A program made the position numbers and the translations under genes. From Thermoplasmata archaeon (GTDB taxonomy: Archaea > Thermoplasmatota > Thermoplasmata > Lutacidiplasmatales > SKW197), in contig JAVZCK010000008.1 in assembly GCA_038874435.1 (NCBI GenBank), forward strand, positions 9,705 to 73,704: DNA of 64,000 nt, written 5' to 3'. Position 1 is the first letter of the stretch. Every line of letters starts with the position of its first letter. This document shows positions 60,356-64,000 of the stretch, piece after piece. A model generated the notes under the pieces. That model was not told where the DNA came from and made no database searches. It saw only the letters and a program-made list of their open reading frames with translations.

Positions 60356-61693
60356 ATGGCAGACCTGAACTCAATTCTGCTGGCTATTGTGGTAATCGGT
60401 ATCTATTCTCTCATCGTGCTTATGCTCTGGAAACTGAAGTATCTTGAGAAATACAACTTCACGCCGTGGGCGGGCCCTATCCTGATGTGGAAGACAAAGA
60501 GAGGAAAGAGATTTCTTGACCGCCTTGCCAAAAGAAAAAAATTCTGGGAATGGTACGGGAACATCAGTGTGGTCATTGCAATAATCTCAATGTTTTTCAT
60601 CACTGCACTGCTTGTTTGGTCCGTTTCAAAGGTGAGTTTGATACCAAAGGAGAAAGCCCCTTCTCCTGAGCTCTTGCTTGGAATACCGGGCATAAACCCT
60701 GTAATTCCTGTTTTTTATGGCATAATTGGACTTGTGGTTGCAATCGTCTTCCATGAACTTGCACATGGAGTGCTCGCAAGAGTGGCAGGGCTTGAGGTGA
60801 AGTCAGTAGGAATTCTGCTTTTCGTTTTTCCAATCGGTGCATTCGTTGAGCCAGATGAGGAAGAATTGTTGAAAATAAAGAGGATGAAACGCAGCCGAGT
60901 TCTTGCTGCAGGCCCAGCAACAAATCTCATCATTGCTTTTCTTGCCCTGCTCGTGTTCTGCCTTGCTTTTGCACCTGCAATGGAACCGAGAGCTGAAGGG
61001 ATTGGCATTCTTGGTGTCGAAAAGGACAGCCCAGCGAGCCATACCTCGCTTAAGCCCTATGACATTCTCGTCAGTTTGAATAACACAACTGTGCGAAATT
61101 ACGCGGAATTTAAGGAGGCATTGAACAAGACAAAGCCAGGGGATACTGTTGAATTCTCATTCTACTCCAGAGACAGGAATACTATTGTCACTGAGAACAT
61201 TACAATTGGTAATCGCTATGATTTTATTCCTGCGGAGGAAAACAAGGGAAAACCATACCTGGGTATTACGATGCTCCCCCTAGACCTTGGTTCTTTCAAG
61301 CAACAGCTTGCAAACCCGTTCAATGGTGGAATTGCCAGCTTTCTCACATTCCTCAGTTTGCCATTTTTGGGACTCTCGCCTCTTGATGCTGGCATTGGGA
61401 GTTTCTATGTGCTCAACTCCCCGCTTCCAGCAGATGTTTTTTTCCTGCTTCTCAACACCTTTTACTGGCTTTTCTGGATTAATCTGATGGTCGGGCTTAC
61501 CAACACACTGCCCAGCCTTCCCCTCGATGCTGGCTACCTTGTGAGAGACGGACTCTACATCCTGCTGGGACGCACAAAAGCCACAAAGGAAAAGACAGAG
61601 AAGATTGTAAAGTATGCTATGCTTGGCATTGGATTACTTGTGCTCTTCATGATTCTCTTCCAGATTATTGGTCCAAGAATCTTCGGGACATGA
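60356..61693 (+). CDS. site-2 protease (M50 family) with PDZ domain
   Basis: 445 aa. Polytopic. HELAHGV zinc motif inside a TM helix. PDZ-like segment (GILGVEKDSPAS...). Distal LDAGY/LxxD motif. Confidence 0.85.
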   Translation: MADLNSILLAIVVIGIYSLIVLMLWKLKYLEKYNFTPWAGPILMWKTKRGKRFLDRLAKRKKFWEWYGNISVVIAIISMFFITALLVWSVSKVSLIPKEKAPSPELLLGIPGINPVIPVFYGIIGLVVAIVFHELAHGVLARVAGLEVKSVGILLFVFPIGAFVEPDEEELLKIKRMKRSRVLAAGPATNLIIAFLALLVFCLAFAPAMEPRAEGIGILGVEKDSPASHTSLKPYDILVSLNNTTVRNYAEFKEALNKTKPGDTVEFSFYSRDRNTIVTENITIGNRYDFIPAEENKGKPYLGITMLPLDLGSFKQQLANPFNGGIASFLTFLSLPFLGLSPLDAGIGSFYVLNSPLPADVFFLLLNTFYWLFWINLMVGLTNTLPSLPLDAGYLVRDGLYILLGRTKATKEKTEKIVKYAMLGIGLLVLFMILFQIIGPRIFGT

Positions 61694-62370
61694 GGCAAGA
61701 CATGAGCATAAAAATTGATGCGGTGGTTTACTCAAAACGAAAACACATTATGCTGAAGATTGAACCAGATGGCAAACTCATCGTGCATGCGCCTGTGCAC
61801 ACCAGCAAGCAAGAAATTCTAGTCGTTGTCCAGAGGCACAGAAAATGGATTGAGAAAACGAGAACAAGAATGCTGGAGAAGCGGAGACAACAGACGAAAA
61901 AGTTTGAAGAGGGCGAGCGATTTCTGTTTCTCGGGAAAGAGTATCCATTGAAAATAGGTAGAGGAAGTGAGCCACTGGTTTTTCAAGATGCTTTCATTTT
62001 GAGTGAGGATTATTTGGCACATTCAAAAGAGGTTTTTGAGTGGTGGTACAAAAACATGGCGAAGGCAATTCTAGTTCTGAGAGCAAGGGAACTCGCGGAG
62101 CAGTTTGGTTTCAAGCCAAAGAAAATCAAAATCACGAGCGGGAAAACAAGGTTTGGCTCATGCACCTCTAAGGGCTACATAAATCTCTCTTGGCGACTCG
62201 TGCTGGCACCTCCAGAAATAATTGATTATGTAATTGTGCATGAACTTGCTCATCTGAAAGAACCAAATCATTCCAAAAAATTTTGGGCGGTGGTGGAAAA
62301 ATTTATTCCTGACTACAAGACAAAAAGAAAGTGGCTGAAGGAAAATGGACATTTGCTTATCCTCAGATGA
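61690..62370 (+). CDS. DUF45/YgjP-like (M48-related) zinc metallopeptidase-fold protein
   Basis: 226 aa. C-terminal HELAHLKEPNHSKKFW, the hallmark of the YgjP/DUF45 family. Overlaps the S2P stop. Confidence 0.75.
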   Translation: MRQDMSIKIDAVVYSKRKHIMLKIEPDGKLIVHAPVHTSKQEILVVVQRHRKWIEKTRTRMLEKRRQQTKKFEEGERFLFLGKEYPLKIGRGSEPLVFQDAFILSEDYLAHSKEVFEWWYKNMAKAILVLRARELAEQFGFKPKKIKITSGKTRFGSCTSKGYINLSWRLVLAPPEIIDYVIVHELAHLKEPNHSKKFWAVVEKFIPDYKTKRKWLKENGHLLILR

Positions 62371-62414
62371 TGCTCTACAGAAAATATTTTATACCGCATT
62401 ATAAATGCCAGAAT

Positions 62415-64000
62415 ATGGCGAAAATTCTCGTAGCTGTTGCCTGGCCTTACACGAATGCACCTGTGCACTTTGGCACAATTGCAGGTGCTTGCTTGCCTGC
62501 AGACATCTTTGCGAGATTCATGCGGTTAAAGGGAAATGAAGTGCTGATGGTTTCTGGCAGTGACCAGCATGGAACTCCAATTATCTTTACAGCCATGGAG
62601 CAGAAAAGCACGCCTGAACAGATTGCAAAGAAATACCATGAGATAAATTCAAGGGCGTTGAAGGAACTAGGCATCTCCTACGACATTTTCTTTGAAACAA
62701 GCCATCCAAACCACAAAAAGGTTGTGCAGGAGATTTTCCTTAAATTGCTGGAAAAGGGATACATTTACTCCAAACTGATGCCAATGCTTTACTGTGAAAA
62801 TTGCAAAAGATTTTTGCCAGATAGATATGTGGTGGGCATCTGTCCCTATTGCAAGGCAGAGGATGCAAAAGGAGACCAGTGCAGCAATTGCGGAAAAACC
62901 TACGAGGCAACGGAGTTACTTGAACCGAAATGCAGGATTTGCGGTGGAAAGCCAATAGTCAAAGAGAGCGAGCATTTCTTTCTGAAACTTTCCGCGTTGG
63001 AGGAGAATCTTAAAAAGTTCATAAATGACAAAACATACTGGAGGGAGAATGCCTACCTTTTCACAAAAAACTTGCTTGAAGCAGGTTTGAAGGACAGGCC
63101 AGTGACGAGAGACCTGGAGTGGGGAATTGATGTTCCATTGCCGAACATGGAGGGCAAGAAGATTTATGTGTGGTTTGAAGCAGTGATTGGTTACCTTTCC
63201 TCCTCAATTGAATGGGCTGCGAGGCAGGGAATGCCAGATAAATGGAAAGAGTTCTGGTATGACAATGAAGCAAGACATTATTATTTCATTGGCAAGGACA
63301 ATGTGCCTTTCCACAGCATAATCTGGCCTGCAATTCTGATGGCTTACGATGAAAAACTAAACCTGCCTTACGACATCCCTGCAAATGAATGGCTCCAGTT
63401 TGGTGGTGAGAAAATTTCAAAGAGCAAGACAAAGGAAAGTTCTATTTTCCTTCCTGACTTTCTGGCTAAATACCCACCAGACCCACTTCGTTTTTACCTT
63501 GCAATGCATCTGCCAGAAAAGCATGATACCTCTTTTGACTGGGACGAGTTTGAGAGCCATGCGAATAAACTTCTGCTCGCAGCTTATGGAAATCTGGCAA
63601 ACAGGGTGCTGGTCACAGTTCTGAAGATGGATGGAAAGATTCCTCAGCTAAAGGAAGAATTGCTTGGAAAGGATGAGAAGGAGTTGCTGGCATTGATGGA
63701 GAGAACTAAGAAGGAGGTGGAGGAGCACATTGCCAGATGTGAGTTTAAAGCAGGAATTGAGAAAATCATGGCGCTTGTGCATGCTGCAAATGCCTGCTTC
63801 CAGAATGTGAAGGTCTGGGAATTGGTGAAAACAGATAGGCAAAGAGCAGAGGCAGTGCTCCATATCTTCCTGAAACTTCTCAGAAATCTGGCAATCATGT
63901 TCTTGCCCTACATTCCACACTCAAGTGAGAAACTCTGGCGAATGCTAGGCTATCAAAAACCAATTTCTTCATGGGAGGAACTGGATGCACCGTTGCCTGC
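62415..64000 (+). CDS. metG: methionyl-tRNA synthetase, 5' partial (runs off window)
   Basis: ATG at 62415. PYTNAPVHFGTIAG (HIGH-like). Zinc knuckles CPYCK...CSNCGK...CRICG. KISKSK (KMSKS). No stop before the window end, so it is absent from the ORF track. Confidence 0.85.
   Translation, partial: MAKILVAVAWPYTNAPVHFGTIAGACLPADIFARFMRLKGNEVLMVSGSDQHGTPIIFTAMEQKSTPEQIAKKYHEINSRALKELGISYDIFFETSHPNHKKVVQEIFLKLLEKGYIYSKLMPMLYCENCKRFLPDRYVVGICPYCKAEDAKGDQCSNCGKTYEATELLEPKCRICGGKPIVKESEHFFLKLSALEENLKKFINDKTYWRENAYLFTKNLLEAGLKDRPVTRDLEWGIDVPLPNMEGKKIYVWFEAVIGYLSSSIEWAARQGMPDKWKEFWYDNEARHYYFIGKDNVPFHSIIWPAILMAYDEKLNLPYDIPANEWLQFGGEKISKSKTKESSIFLPDFLAKYPPDPLRFYLAMHLPEKHDTSFDWDEFESHANKLLLAAYGNLANRVLVTVLKMDGKIPQLKEELLGKDEKELLALMERTKKEVEEHIARCEFKAGIEKIMALVHAANACFQNVKVWELVKTDRQRAEAVLHIFLKLLRNLAIMFLPYIPHSSEKLWRMLGYQKPISSWEELDAPLP

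Overview
Archaeal chromosomal window, AT-rich. Archaeal identity rests on archaeal-type ProRS/TrpRS/MetRS, a RIO1+KH(Dim2-like) gene pair, a complete archaellum operon, BRE/TATA-like promoters and a bulge-helix-bulge-type rRNA processing stem. The rRNA genes look unlinked: the 23S gene has no 16S upstream and no 5S downstream. That arrangement fits Thermoplasmata or DPANN-like lineages, but lineage cannot be assigned from sequence alone.

Gene content in order:
- nitroreductase
- pstS-pstC-pstA-pstB-phoU phosphate uptake operon (minus strand), with a divergent AbrB-PhoU fusion regulator
- PQQ-propeller/Ig-like surface protein
- PHP phosphoesterase
- KH protein and RIO1 kinase
- 7TM membrane protein with DUF835-like domains
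- a three-gene minus-strand operon of unknown function that includes a wHTH+V4R protein
- glmU-like and glmS
- a stand-alone 23S rRNA gene (about 18368-21390) with a long processing stem; it carries two short related insertions at classical large-subunit (LSU) rRNA intron hot-spots
- short tRNA-guanine transglycosylase
- 1635-aa right-handed beta-helix (NosD/CASH-like) surface protein with three internal modules and a perfect 66-bp in-frame tandem duplication
- small zinc-ribbon membrane protein
- proS and trpS
- archaellum operon: two archaellins, ArlCDE-like, ArlF, ArlG, ArlH, ArlI, ArlJ
- 3-hydroxyacyl-CoA dehydrogenase
- a translationally coupled four-gene operon encoding Ubl, UBC-like E2, ThiF/MoeB-like E1 and a JAB/MPN protein; this looks like a prokaryotic ubiquitin-like conjugation system
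- PRC-barrel protein
- three KaiC/RecA-superfamily ATPases around tRNA-Pro(CGG) and purS-purL
- DUF763 protein
- secreted protein
- two giant paralogous surface proteins (1046 and 1628 aa) created by a partial tandem duplication (about 1.2 kb near-identical DNA repeat, offset 4824 bp); C-terminal halves differ (BNR/Asp-box versus FG-GAP propeller)
- hypE
- site-2 protease plus DUF45/M48-like metalloprotease
- 5' part of metG, running off the window

No transposases, integrases or CRISPR arrays were seen.
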